Source: Chrysomallon squamiferum
Taxonomy: Eukaryota; Animalia; Mollusca
Length of the DNA stretch: 64,000 nt
Assembly: GCA_012295275.1 (NCBI GenBank)
Contig: CM022667.1
Span: 14,818,001 to 14,882,000 of the forward strand
Direction: 5' to 3'
Positions 40,025 to 54,991 of this stretch are shown in pieces. How positions within the stretch are numbered: the first letter of the stretch is position 1; each line of letters opens with the position of its first letter. The notes beneath the pieces were generated by a model that searched no databases, had not been told where the DNA came from, and saw only the letters and a program-made list of their open reading frames with translations. Position numbers and translations under genes: made by a program.

Positions 40025-41249
40025 CTAGTGACGGTAACGCTGGCCTCTCATGCATGACGACTCTTCATGTTTATACAGGTAACTCTTTAATGCGAACGCC
40101 TTTCCACACCGACCACAGTTGTAGGGCTTCTCGGTTGAGTGCGTCTGGATGTGGGCACGCAAGTTCGACTTATCCGCAAAAGCCTTGCCGCACTTTGGAC
40201 AAGAAAACGGCTTCTCCCCGGTGTGGGTGCGGACGTGGCCCTGCAGCAGCCACGGTCGGCTGAACCTCTTGCCGCAGTACGCGCACTCGCAGCCCTGGTT
40301 GTGCGTGCGCACGTGCATGCTGTAGGCTGGCATGGACACGTAGATCTTCTCGCAGTGGGGACACTTCCTCGCCTTCTTGTCGTTGACGCTGCGATGCGTC
40401 TGGCGGTGACGCGCCAGGTTGCTCGACGTGCTGTACCTCTTCCCGCACTCGACGCAGACGTACGAGTCGATGCCGTCGGGGCTGGCGGGCGGGCTCTGCA
40501 GCAGCTCGTGCAGCGACCGCCTCGCCTCGAACTTGGTGACGTCGTGGAAGGCGTTGGTGGGCTTCGATCGTGTACTCCGCGGCCGGCTCGGGGACGTCTC
40601 TGCAGGCGTCTTTCCGCGGACTCTGCGTCATCAGCTCGTACAGCAGCGAGATCCCGTTGAACGCGCGGCAGTCCCACGCGTACTCCAGCTCCGAGTGCAC
40701 GTCCGCCCTCGTCTCCGTCTGGGTGGAGCAGCCGCTGTCGCTGTCGCCATCGTCTGCAGTGTTTTTATCCGAGACTGCAATCTGCGCTCTGTCTGCAAAA
40801 CACACACAAAATATCACACGAATTAGACAATTGTTACAAAACTGATAAAGTTTATATAAGATAATATATTTACTGTTCATTCCAGATGATACGTAATATG
40901 TAAAAATGATATAAAACACAAAACTAATGGATGTTTACTGGTAATGATATCTATCAGCTGTCCCGTCTGTCTGTCTCTCTGTCTCTCACTTTATGAAAAT
41001 ATCTGTGTCCGTCCGTTTGTCTATCTGTATAATATGGCTATCCATTCATCTATTTATTTATTTATTTATTATATTCTTTTTATTTACTTATTTTCTTAAT
41101 TTGTCGTCATGCTGTCATATTATTGTAAAAGAATAGATCAAAAATAAAATTACAATATAGATAGCAATAAAAAAAATCTTGAGTAAAATATTAAACACGA
41201 ACTGTCTAAGGGAATGTGAAACCATATTACTCTCTCTCTCACACACATC

Positions 41250-41299
<50 letters not shown>

Positions 41300-41758
41300 C
41301 AAAACAGTATATTCGCTAAGAACACAAGCAAACATGTTCACACACATGCAAACACATACAGACAACCATACCAACATATTCGCTACCATAAAAGCACACA
41401 CAGATACCTGTATATATACACGTACACATAAACGTATATACATCCAGCTGCTAACGAAAACAACTACCGGTAAAAAAAAATAATATTATCATTTACAACA
41501 AGGTCAACATTGTTTAGAAGTTACATCATAAGAAAATGTAACGTTGATGAATATTAATGTTTCTTTTATTTGATGTTTTTGTTCAGGCAGCGAAGAAAAA
41601 AGTAAAAACAAGATGTTAGCATATGTTCATTCGTTGTAGTGCCTTCAACCGTACAATGTTTGCTTTTTGTTTTTTATATGCTTATTAATACCAATGAAGA
41701 AGAAGAAGAAAAAAGAAGAGGAAGAAGAAGAAAGAAAACAAAGGAAAAAAGAAAACTG

Positions 41759-41793
<35 letters not shown>

Positions 41794-43563
41794 AAAAAAA
41801 GAAGTAAAATCATCGGTGTAAAAAAGTAAAGAACTTAAAGGAGTGTTGTTATTGTTGTGCTGTTGCTGCTTTAGTTATAGTACTAGCTTTTGTTGTTGTT
41901 TTTCTTCTTCTACATAGCTGTAATTCACAACTGTTGATTTACGAGTTAAATTTTAAATCTTTCTACAAAGCATCAATACAGCTAATCGTCACTACTTCTC
42001 AAAATCTATTCGTATAATTTCCATTGCTTAACATATAAATAAACCGACAGATATTACAGAATAAAAAGTTACGATCTAACAATACTTGACTTAGTCCCTC
42101 TGACCGAAATGCAAAACTGTTACTTTAACTGTCAATTTATAAAATAAAAGCCTAAACAGTTCTCGAAATCACTGACACGTGTTCGGCCGTTAACTTTCAG
42201 ACTTAAGAACTGGAAACTTTCTGTCAGATGGTATCGATGCGCGCCTCCTATGGGCTTAACAGACAACGTTTCCGCCGGAAATGGCCCTGGATTTTCTAAT
42301 TTGCTTTAACCGTGTCAATTTAAAAAAAAAAAAAAAAAAAAAAACTTCTTTAAATCGCATTATATGACAGGTGTGGCGAATCAGTGGTCGCCATCTTGGC
42401 GCTCCGGTTAGAGGGCGCTGGCATCGGTAAACAAATACCAGGTGCGAGAACTCTGCAGGTGGCGCGGTGGTTCTGTGCTTTCAGTAGGCTCTGTTTGTGA
42501 TAAATGACGTTATGATGTCGGTTTTAAAACTGCCACTTAATTAGCCATTGTCGCTTAGTGTCATCACGCTGTGAAAATGAGGGTTTCTAATCGCGGCGTT
42601 AGTTGTACATTTGGTGGTCGTAACTGTTTAGCAGAAGTAATAGCAGTAGAGGGTATGTAGTGTTAGACGTTGAAGAAAGAAAACAGAATTGGCAGGCTGC
42701 AGGCACAACAGTAGAAATAATAGTAAATGTAGTAGCAGTAGTAGTAGTAGTTGTAACCCTGCTAGGAGAAAACGCAGTAGTAGCCACAATAGGAGTAGTG
42801 GTAGACGTTCTAACGGAGGTCGTACGACCTAATGTCGAAACTTAGTAGCTACAGACGTAACAGTATCATTAATGGTTATGTCATTAACAGTTTTACTATA
42901 GTAGTGATAGTAACAATATAGATATCAAAGAGAATAGTGGTAGCATACCTTGTGGTAGTAGTAAGTAGTAGTAGTAGTAATAGTAGTAATAGTAGTAGCT
43001 GTTGTTGTTATTGTTGTTGAAGTATAGGTGTAGCAGTTGTATCATTGTGTATATGTTTCGAATTCGGAGGTAAGAATAAAAGATATAATAATAGACACAT
43101 TTTCTCTGATTTGCTCAAAAATTAAATAGAATAAAATAAAATAAAATAAATAAATAAATAAAATTAATAAAATAATAAAATAATAAAATAATAAATAAAT
43201 AAATAAATAAATAAATACTAAAATATATATTGATATACAAAACAATATGACTAAATTGTTGGGAAAACACGTCCGGCAATAAAATTAAAGTAAAAGTTTT
43301 TCCCTTTATTAATTTTTTAAAATTTTTAAAATTTTCTTTTTTTATATTTATTATTATTTTATTATATTTTATCTTATTTTATTTTTTATTTTTTATTTTT
43401 TATTTTTTGTTTTGTTGTGTTTGTTATTAATCTCAGTTTATCATACTCACAGGCATCATGAAACAATTTACGACACCAAGACGCCCACAACTATCTATAA
43501 AGATCGTTTCGGTGAATCAATATGGCTGACACGATAATCTACTGACCTTGACATTTCGTAAAG

Positions 43564-43594
<31 letters not shown>

Positions 43595-44491
43595 AGTGGG
43601 GAAGAAAAATCTGCGAATAGATTTACGAAATGTCAGACAGGTTCACCGGCACAAACGTATTGCATAGTTTTATTAGGTTTGAAATTATCAGCAGCAGCAG
43701 TAGTAGTAATAGTAATTGTAGCAGTTGTAGTATTGTAGAATAATAGTAGCAGTTGTTGTAAGAGTAGTTGTAGTACTTGTAGTAGTAGCAGTTGATGTAA
43801 CACTAGTAGTTGTAGGAGGTGGAGTAGTAGTAGTAATAATAGTAGTTGTAGTTATAATAGTTATAGTACCAGCAGCTGTAATAGTAATAGTTGTAGTAGC
43901 AGTTTTAGTTGCAGTAATAGTAGTAGGAACAGTCGTAGTAATAATAGTAATAGTAGCAGTAGTAATAATTGTATTAGTAGTAGTAGCAGCAGCAGTAGCA
44001 AAATTATTATTTAATTTTTTTTTACTTAGATTAATTTTTATCATTTTTATTTTTATTTTTGTGTAACAAGAAATAAAGGAAGAAGAATTATTTTGAAAAA
44101 AAATAAAAAAAATAAAAAAAATAAATACGGTTGATTCTGTATTCTGCGAGGTTTTTGCCCGCTGTGATGAAAGTCGCAGTTGGTCCGGGAGATTCACTGA
44201 AGCTACAGAGATGCTGAACACCAGATGTACGCGATCTCCCGTCTGTAACCTGACCCCAGAGCCACGTGGCAAGAATTGAGTAAGCTCAAGAAACGAGCAC
44301 GTGGAAAGTGGCCCAAAGCGACTGACGCTGTTTTGCCTTGTTTGTTTGTTTTGTGTAAAACTTGAGAATATTGTCAGTGATATTGTTATGATTTTGTTAT
44401 GATTTTGTTTTGTTCTTTTTTTTTAAATTTATTTATTATTGTTATATATATATATATACATATATACGTGTAGGTACATATATACGTATAC

Positions 44492-44528
<37 letters not shown>

Positions 44529-46635
44529 AAACCAGTATAACTATATATCACTTCATTCACATCAAAAGATATTAATTACATACAATAAATAAATAATAAA
44601 ATAAACAAATAAAAAATAAAAAATAAAAATATCATTTTATGTAAAAAAAATTTTAAAAAGATCCAGCTTTAATTATTTCACTTTCGTTAACATCGCCAAC
44701 CAAACAACAAAGCTTTTTATCAAAGAAAAACACCATTACGATATGAAACCGTCACGTTTAATTCAAGACCTGATTACTAGAAAATATTTATATCTCAATC
44801 TCCTAAAGCCAGGACAAAAAAAACAAACAACAAAAAACCAAAACAAAATAAAATAAAATAAAATAAAAATAAAAGAAAGAAAGAAAAAAAAAAAAACAAA
44901 CAACATACAACATCACTACCAATGAGACATTTTGCAAAGAGACGTCACTCTGGAACTTTACGAGCTGCGTATATAAATCAGCGTTACCGTTTTTCTTCAA
45001 ATAAACTCGCGGGTCAAGTAAAACGGGATTGATGGGCCTTCGTGACGACAGACAGAGGAGGAAGCGATAAAACGTCGAGATAAGCTGCACCAAATGAGCC
45101 ATAAAATTAATCACGCAGCGGCTGGGGACAGGAGCCGCGAAACAATTTGTCTTCTAAGTAGCAAGACAGATTGGGCTTTTATCCCGTTCCAAACTGAGCT
45201 CGCGGACTGATCTACTATAGGTCGTAAAAATAATTTTTCTTGTAAATATTGGATTTCTATATTGTTGTTCGGTAAGTATCTGGTTTATTTTTTTTTACGT
45301 TTTATTACTGATTAAAATAAGCTGTATGAATGATATTAATAACTTGCGAATGATAAAGGATGTTCTGAAAATCATTTTGTCTTCGTTTGTTTTAAGAATG
45401 TTAACTTTGCCATTCCAGCGAGGGATCAAATGAAGGATTTGATGAAATAATTACCACAATGACGATGATAATGATGATGGTGATTATGATGTCGACTGTG
45501 ATAAAAATTGAAACACATAAATAATTAATATTACCTCAGCAAACATTTATATTAAATAAGATACCAGTCATGATATTGACCGTACAAAAAGCCAATTTGC
45601 TAGCCCCACTTGCGCCGATTTTTTAACATGGAACATTTTATTTATGCTTTCTTATAAAATACAAATATATATCCCTCGATCTTTGATACGTGTCACACAA
45701 ATTCAGCCACAGTGAGTCATATGGAAAGGTAGCGAACAAGGCAACGCATGAGTTGTTTCAAAATATCATCGTTTAAATCCTACTCAAAACTAGCTGCTCA
45801 ACAGGCATATTTTATTTTAATCTTAGTTTTTGTGTGTCATAATTAAAAACTGTATCCAGCTGTTTTTCGCGTGTACGTTGGCATTGACAAATGAATAAAT
45901 TTAAATCATAAATTATTTTCTATTTCTTCTTCTTCTTCATTTCTTTTCCTCCTCTTTATTTACTTATTTTTAAAAATGTATTTCTTTATACACTGCTAAA
46001 ACATGTGTTTCTTGATATCGCAAATTATCAGAATTTTGTTACTTTTTGGGCGGGTATTCTAATTCCATTTTATAATATTTTACTTTTTCTTCATTTTATT
46101 TTATTGTATTTTATTTCATTTTATTTCTCTGTAACACCATAACATTATCGTACGACACTATAATATTTACATTCTCAATACATTTAAATTAATTTTTAAA
46201 TTTTTCACATCCTCTGCTACTTCTCGAATACTTTAATCTGTTGTGAATCGAACCCTTAACACAAGCTCGAAAGACTTAAGACTTCTGCGCTGCAATCGTC
46301 GACAGCAACCACGTCGCTTTAAACGAAAAAGGAGACGAAAGGCGAAGTGTGACAAAAGCCAGCCTGCGCTGAGCGGTGGCCCAACCACCGAGCTCGGCTT
46401 CTCCCGGGCCAGGACGAGTCCGCTGAAAACACCACCAATCATGGTCATGAGAGACACACGCACAGATCGAGAAGACGGCACCGGAGTGAGGGAGGGAGGG
46501 AGGGGGGAGGGAAGGCCACTGCAGTCTGCAGATGACGGGTTTCGTCACAGAGCGTGCGACTGGCGAGAGTGGGTATCAGGTGACTGACTTCCTCCTCGAT
46601 ACACAGCACCGTAAGCAACGCGGCGCCGCGAGTTT

Positions 46636-46681
<46 letters not shown>

Positions 46682-46860
46682 AGAAGTTCAGAATATGGTA
46701 TCAAGTATTTCTGCATCTCTGTATCTGTCATTATAGACCTTTTAAATTATTTCAGAAATTATTATAAATTAATTTTATTTTGTGTTGTTTGACTTTAATC
46801 CATTTCAAACAGAAACACTAGTTACTGACTCTTCGTAATAAACAAAAATTACTTATTAAC

Positions 46861-46913
<53 letters not shown>

Positions 46914-49900
46914 AATAAATAATATAATCATGTCTTAAACATCAAACAACGAAGTCGTTAAAAAGCAACAGGCTGAGCAATCTGTCCGTCATAAACTGCT
47001 GATGACAAACTGTTTAGATTACAGTAGATTTAGTGTTTTATTAATCACTCACAACCACCACATTATTAACTACTTAAACTCGAGTGTACGTTCAGTCATT
47101 CATTGAGCCATAAATTGCAGAGAATCAGCTGCTTAGTAACCAAGACGGTCAGTAATAAAAATAAGAGAGCATCACTGACTGACTAACTGTAGGTGTGGGA
47201 AATATTTTGGCGTGTTTCCATCAGAGAAATGGGTTCAATCACGCCTGTCGTGTACACAGTCTTATCACAGTTCTGTACAGAACTGCCTTTGCTAACTGTA
47301 TTGCCCACTAATGTAACAGTCAATTGAATATTTATTTACAAATCAAATGATCCTGTATTTCTTTTCAAAAACGAGACAATGTTATTTACTGTTCAGCAAA
47401 TTCTGCTTACATTCAACACAAGCGAGATGTTACTTTTATAAAAACGTCACAGAAATATTTTGTTTTAAACATTAGAAATACATCTTGTTAAGAGACAAAG
47501 ACAAAACTTTACAAATACCGGTATTCATATTAGTGACATTTTACAATGGCCAGTATTAGTAATGTTTCTGTGACATAAGATACTAGTTACTCATCGACAG
47601 GTTTAGCTTTATATTCGTCATCGACATCAGACAATATATTAGTCACTAAAGTGAATATCAATAACTGTTTTTCATTTCTGATCGACAAATTTTCACATTT
47701 GATTATGGTCAACATCAGTATGAAATATTAAATAACTAAAGTGAATTTTATTAATGTTATCTTAAAAATAAAGTACTATTCTTTGATTTATTCTAAATGT
47801 CCCTACCGAAGTATTCCTTTCTTTATTCGTCATCTACTTAAGACAGAATATTATTCATCTCTGGACAAATTGCATTGTACGGTTTCGTACATTCAGGTTA
47901 AACATTATTTACTATACAACTGTCGATTTAATTTTAATTCATTACAAAAATTTCGGTGAAATGATACTTTCTAATCCACGCAATACATTTATTACTAGCC
48001 TTCAAATGTTTCAAATGAGATGAAATAAGTTCGAATGGACGAAGTATGGTTACAAAATATCCGACACAGTATGAATACGAATTGTCATGAACATATAGAT
48101 AAAGATAAGAAATAAATAAATAATAATAATAAATTAAATTAAATAATATAAATAAATAAATAAATAAATAAATAAATACGTTTTAAACAACGCATTATAG
48201 TTTATATAATATATACTGTTCTGTTCACATCATCAATATTCAACTAAACTATAACTCTCTGTATACGAATTAATGTGGTTACACAAACTGGTCATATAAA
48301 TTCAGATAATACATACTATTTTCTAATTACCACTTCATGAATATTCATATAAATACTTGTCCAGCAATTCCTTATTAAAATTCGGATGATTATGTACCAC
48401 TTTTTACGTCACAATTACGTCATAAATATTCTAGTAAAATACTACTGTCAGAACAATTCATTATAATTACTAATTTATAAAAAACAAAAACAACAAAAAA
48501 ACAGCAAATAAAAAACCGAAAAAAAAAAAAAAAAAAAAAAAAAAAGAAAAAAAGAAAGGTAACATATACTATATTCTAATTATCACGTCGTAAACAGTGG
48601 AGTAATGTACTTCTATCTAAACAACGCATTCTGGTTACAATGATTCATGAAGCTTCAGGTGAATACTTCTGTCTCACTCTAAACAACGCAGTAAGGTTAT
48701 ACGACTCGTCATAAACACCAAATACTACTTACCAATCGACAGTCAGTCACTACTTGCATGTCAGACTGACTCACACAGGGTAGTAATTTACCTGTAAGGT
48801 CAGAACGACACGAAACTCTTGGCACATTTCCATAACGTAAAACACCAGTTGTCCGGAAAATAGTACATTCCAATATGTTTTTTTTTTTTTTTTTTGACTA
48901 CAGTTCGTGCAGGTGTTTTTTTGCATTTAGAAATAGTATATAGTAGATACTGTCTACCAATCAAATTTCTAAGTGTTTCAGAATTAGCAGTAATAATATG
49001 CAGTGTATATACAGTTGGAATATTTTCTGTTTATACTAAAGTATTTTGTAATTACATGTAATAGTAAATTCTCGCAGACTTTATGGGTTTTGCAATTAGC
49101 CAAAATAAGCAGTACACACCATTACACAAAAGTTATACGACAATAAAAATTCTGTGCGTCTTTAATTATTAATGGTTATAAAACATTTTTCGCAGACTTT
49201 ATGACTTTTATAATTAGCCAGAATAAACAATACATAGTTATGCCATTATTAAAACATAACTGTACAAAATGCCGCTGAGCGTTTTAATGATATCAGTAAA
49301 CATTTCGGAGACTTCATGGGATTCTTAATCACCACAATTATAATATACAAAAGTTTTTAAATTCGTTAATAAACAGTAATAATGATTAGAGGTAAAAAAT
49401 AGACTAATCCTTTACAAATAAGACAGAATATGCAGTAAAGTACTATTTTTTTTTTATAACAATAATAATAATGTTTTGTAGATTTTAAGTATTTTTTAAT
49501 CAGTAAAGGTTAGAGATATTGGTTCTGCTTCGAAATTAGCAATAATACATAACGAGTACATCAGAACAATCGTTTGTGTTTTATTGAAATTAAGCAGCTC
49601 TGTGCTGTACAAATAGAAAATAATATATATTTGTAATAGTTTCGCTTAATTAGCTATAATAAGTGCTGTAAAACTACACACACACACACAAACACATACA
49701 CATACATGCATGCATACATACATACATACATACATACATACATACATACATACATACATACATACATACGTTATATAATTAAATTAAATTAAATTAAAGA
49801 ACCAATAAATACATAGGTAAAATACATTTATTTTAAATATTATTACAAATTTCCTTTCTTCATAAACATTCGTTATTACTACCTTTTAAATTGCATCTAT

Positions 49901-50963
49901 TTTTTAAATTTGTTTCTTCTACTGGCATTTAAATATTTTATTATTACCATTTTGTTTATTTATAATTCATCACAACTGCAAATATTCTTATTCATTATTC
50001 ACCATTTCCACTATTTTATTTTCTTCGTTACAATTTTATTTTTAAATGCAAAATCGTCTACGATTTTTTTAAACAGTTTTATTAACTCACCTTATCTTTT
50101 AACAGCTTTTTCTCATGCATCTAACGTTTCATTTATCATCACAGAAATATAGAAATTTAAAGTAAACAAAATAATAAAAGTAATAAAAATAAAAACCGTT
50201 TAAAAGTTATCATGATCTCCAACGGCCACCGATTTGGTGTAATGCAACCTAACGATAAAGCTGAACGGCGCATGTCATACAACGCCGGAAGACAAAGAGT
50301 GTGGGAGATGTCTTCTGCAGGGTCACGAAAGCAGGCGAGGAGAGAGATAACGGGATACACAGACCGTTATGAATCCCCGTTATGTGGGAGGACAAGCTCT
50401 TGGCATCGATTCCTGAGTGCCTCTTCATCGTTTTCAATTAAAGGAGCTTTCTGGCAATTGTCGGAAAAACGTAAGAAATAAAAGCGAAAGCAAGAATAAT
50501 AATAATAAAAATAAAAATAAAAATAAAAAAACTGTTTTATTATTATTAAAGATTTTGAATAGTGTACAAATAAACGAAAAAAAAAAAAAAAAATTGCTAT
50601 CTGGCAATTGTCGAAAGCAAATAAAAAAAGAAAAAATAATAATTATTGTCATAGGTTTTGGGAGATGTACAAACAAGCGAGTAAGCACCTTTCTGTAAAT
50701 GTTTTGCAGAGCTTACGAAATAAAGAAGAAAGCGAATAAAAAGGGAAAATGATTATGACAGATGGTTTGGGGAAGTGTACAAATAAACTAGAAGGCAAAT
50801 TAAACGAAACTGACGAGCGAATGCACAAGTTGTGGGATGATAAACATATTCTCCAAGTTTTTATTATAATTATATAATTAATTCAAGTTTATTTGGAGTA
50901 TTCTTTCTCATACATTCTCTGCATATTAGGTGATGTTTATTTATTTATTTATTTATTTTTTTT

Positions 50964-50994
<31 letters not shown>

Positions 50995-51045
50995 TTATTA
51001 TCTCTATATATTTGACACTCTTTCCTGACCATTCTGTACATCTTT

Positions 51046-51122
<77 letters not shown>

Positions 51123-51841
51123 CAGAAGTGTGCACACTCGCACAGACACACATTTAAGTAGCTATCAACAATAACAAAATAATAACAACAGCACAACAAC
51201 AACAAATAATAATAACAATAACACTACAACAACAAGAAAAATAATACACTTTTTTTAACCATCCATTAATTCAAACCAGTAATACTGATGGACGTCAAAT
51301 AAAAATAACATCATCATCTCTGTGTTATGGAAGGGGCAGAGAGGACATATTACCTCTGAATTGTTTTCTGACGTCAGTAAATCAAGAAAAAAAAAAAAGA
51401 AGAGAAAGGTTACAGCTGTCAGTCTGTCACTTACGTCATGACGTCACACTTCATTTGCGAAGAGTCAAAATGGCGGCGTTCAAATCTTTTGTAACAGTAT
51501 TATATTGCTTTTTCATTTGTTTGCTTGTTTGTTTGTTTATTTATTACTGTTATTTATTTATTTATAAGTTAGTTAGTTAGTTAGTTAGTTAGTTTGTTGT
51601 TTGTTTGTTTGGTTGGTTCATTGGTTTTTTCGTATATTTTTACACCCCATTAAAACAGATATTTGAAACAGAAGAAGAGGAAACAGGCTTGATTGTTGAA
51701 CTAAAGAATTTGTGAAGCAATAAGATAACACCAGTTTAATTTTTATTAATATTTCTTTAGTTTACTAGAGTCCTAATTCAATGCACTACATAACAACAAA
51801 AATGAGAGAGATATTTTATTTCGTTTTTAGTGCACCAAATG

Positions 51842-51929
<88 letters not shown>

Positions 51930-52462
51930 CATTGATATATTAAATCCAGAGGTCCCTTTATTGCTAAGAGAAACAGACTGAATGGAAGATGATAAAATAA
52001 TAAAATCGAGATAAAATATACTAATTGCAACGAACGTTCTTTCAGTATGTCTCTTTACCAGTAAAAAACAACACAGAAAGCGAATACAAACAGACCATAG
52101 TTACGGTAGAGTACCTTTTACAAAACTATACTGAAGTAGGGATAATAGCTTCTTTTTCTCTCAGACTGTGTTCAGATCATAAAGTAAATTGACTGTGAAA
52201 TCAGAAAGTGACAGCCAATGAAAAGAAAAGAGAAGTAAAATGAAAAACTAGAGATGGAAGAGTAAAGGAACTATTTTTAAATTATACTCTCTCTCTTTCT
52301 GTATATATGTATGTATGCATATATGCATATATGTAGTATGAAGGTATGTATGTATGTATGCATGTATGTACCTGTCTGTCTGTCTACCTAATCTATCAAT
52401 CTATCTATCTATCTGTCTACTGTCTATCTCTACATGTATATGTATATATCTGTCTGTCTGTA

Positions 52463-52498
<36 letters not shown>

Positions 52499-52519
52499 CA
52501 TGTATATATGTGTGTGTGT

Positions 52520-52599
<80 letters not shown>

Positions 52600-52871
52600 A
52601 ACATTAAATTTGTGTTGTTGTTAGTGGTGATGATTGTAGATTGTGCTGGTGACTTTCTTGGTGACGGTAGTAATTATAGTAAAAGTAGTAATATAATCAA
52701 CATCATTTTGTGATGTCTACAAAACATATATACAGTAATAGTAATAGCAGTAGTAGTAGGTGTATCAACAGTAGTAGCAGTAATAGTAAAAGAAGCAGTG
52801 ATAGTAATAGAAGTAGTAGTAGTAATAGTTGCTGTTATTATTTGCTCTGTTGTAGAATTATTTTAAACACG

Positions 52872-52938
<67 letters not shown>

Positions 52939-53111
52939 GTCAATCGATATAGATAGATAGATAGATAGATAGAGATATAAATATATAAAGCACATGCACA
53001 TATAACACTTTATATTCACTTACCTTCGAAATGCTGAAGCTTTGAAGAGTCATCAACATGGTGATACGTTGTGAAGTATCGACGATTTGTTATCATAAAT
53101 ATCCTGGGCAT
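40025..53111 (-). CDS. scrt: Scratch-family SNAG + zinc-finger transcriptional repressor (apparent 1-nt frameshift in exon 2 as assembled)
   Basis: Exon 1 (53111-53024) reads [12 protein letters not shown]...FE with a GTAAGT donor in phase 1. A 12.2-kb intron precedes exon 2 (40792-40025). Five fingers are diagnostic of Scratch: [91 protein letters not shown]. The entry frame and finger frame differ by one base near 40565; removing one base gives 284 aa. Confidence 0.9.
42230..42470. promoter_or_regulatory. GC-rich intronic regulatory island in scratch
   Basis: Three CAGGTG sites (42368, 42439, 42456), a YY1-like GCCATCTTG (42390), a CTCF-like CCGGTTAGAGGGCGCTG (42404-42420) and a Fox-like GTAAACAA (42427). 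Motif matches only. Confidence 0.4.
49068..49340. repeat. Degenerate ~115-120 bp tandem repeat in the scratch intron
   Basis: TCGCAGACTTTATG...AATTAGCCA recurs at ~49072 and ~49190, and as TCGGAGACTTCATG at ~49305. Confidence 0.6.
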
Positions 53112-53212
53112 CTTTTTAAAAATAAATAAAACCTTCTCTTCTTTTTTGCTTCTTCTTCTTCTTTTTTTTTTTTTTTATAACATATATAGTTCAGTTCTTT
53201 TCTTCCTTATTA

Positions 53213-53262
<50 letters not shown>

Positions 53263-53690
53263 TTCTTCTTTATAAATAAATAAATAAATAAATATATAAA
53301 TATATAAATAAATAAATAAATGAGTAAGTACAATCCACAGACGATGGCTAACGGTCTGTTCTGACAAACTATACGTCCCACAACAAAAACGTCAAGTCCC
53401 CAGCGCACGTTCTTCCCTCGCTCACCGCACGCGCCAGCCAAAAGGCAACTGCTCTTTCCCGTGCAACAAGTGTCAAGTACACGCACTGTTCCAGCGCTTG
53501 TTGTTTTGGGTTATCATGAGATGCAAGGGCTTGACAAAGAAGGCCAGGGTATACATTAGACAACGGTGTATGCTCCTCAGATTTCGCCATTGGTCGGTGG
53601 CAGAACGCTCAACGGTATTGAATTTCAACGATGGATGAATCAGGGAATCTGGCTCGAGACCTGCACGCGCATTTGCCGAGCAGACGACAT
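53112..53690 (-). promoter_or_regulatory. Probable 5' UTR and proximal promoter of scratch
   Basis: GC-richer unique sequence (53330-53690) directly upstream of the SNAG ATG, with a CCAAT box on the - strand near 53590. TSS not determinable. Confidence 0.45.
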
Positions 53691-53814
53691 GTCTATGGTG
53701 TCTTGAAAAATTGATTGAGAAAACAGTTTAGCGTGTAGGAATTAGTTTTCACTGCTTTTAAAGGTTCCAGAAAGAGTTGTTGGGGGGGGGGGGACTTTCG
53801 CTTTATTTTTATTT

Positions 53815-53934
<120 letters not shown>

Positions 53935-54183
53935 CTTCTGGCATATGTTTTAGAGGGTTGTATAAACAGCCGGTTCGTTTATTGGGAAAATGTGTAATTT
54001 GATGATGCACGAGGAACTTTCAAATGAACACTTGGGAAAAAAGATGAACGTTTCCTGCCACTTCAGTATATTAGACGAAAAAAGAAAAAAAGGAAAAATA
54101 AAATTAAAGAAGTTAACGTTAAGATTTTTATCAGAGTATTTTCTAAATATCTATATATCTATATCTATATATGTGTGTGTATG

Positions 54184-54215
<32 letters not shown>

Positions 54216-54911
54216 GTATGTATGTGTGTATGTATGTGTATGTGTGTGTATATGTAAATGTACACACAAACATATAACTAATCTTACGTTATTTTTTATC
54301 TACTTGCTAAATTTTTAATTCGATGTTTAATTTCTTCGTTTTATTCTGTCTCTCTCGCTCACGCTCTCTCTATCTGTCTATATTATTACGTCTCACTAAT
54401 TATTCTAGAGTGTTTACTTGTGTATAATTGTTTTTCAACAAAATATTTTTGTGCTCTTTTCATCGATACAAAATAAAGTAAATCTCCTTTAGTAATAATT
54501 ACTAACAATATGATTTTACTTAAATACAAAAACAAATATTTAAAAAAAAATAAAAAAAAAAGAAGACTTAAAAAAAATGTAAATTTTAATTTAGCTGTAA
54601 ATAATAAAAATGAGCGCTAAATAATTTAAAATCACAATTAAGTGAGACAGAAGAAAAAAATCAGATATTGTTTAAACAAACGGACATACATAAAAAGCAC
54701 AGATGATGTAGGTACATTAACTCAGTTCAATATATATATATATAAAAAAAATTCACGAACCTATTGTCTTTCTGATTTATTTATTTATTCATTCATTCAT
54801 TCATTCATTTATTTTATTTGATTTAAATAGTTTTATTTATTAATTTCATTAATTTCTTTTTTTTTTTTGTCTTCTTTAGAATGTTAAACGACAAATTAAC
54901 CACTGAAGTCC

Positions 54912-54991
<80 letters not shown>

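Noticed and set aside
40054-40845. Multiple long overlapping ORFs on both strands
   Set aside because: These are shadow frames of the GC-rich scratch exon.
50397-50406. MPRA... start resembling a SNAG motif
   Set aside because: It stops after 8 codons; the real SNAG exon is at 53111-53024.
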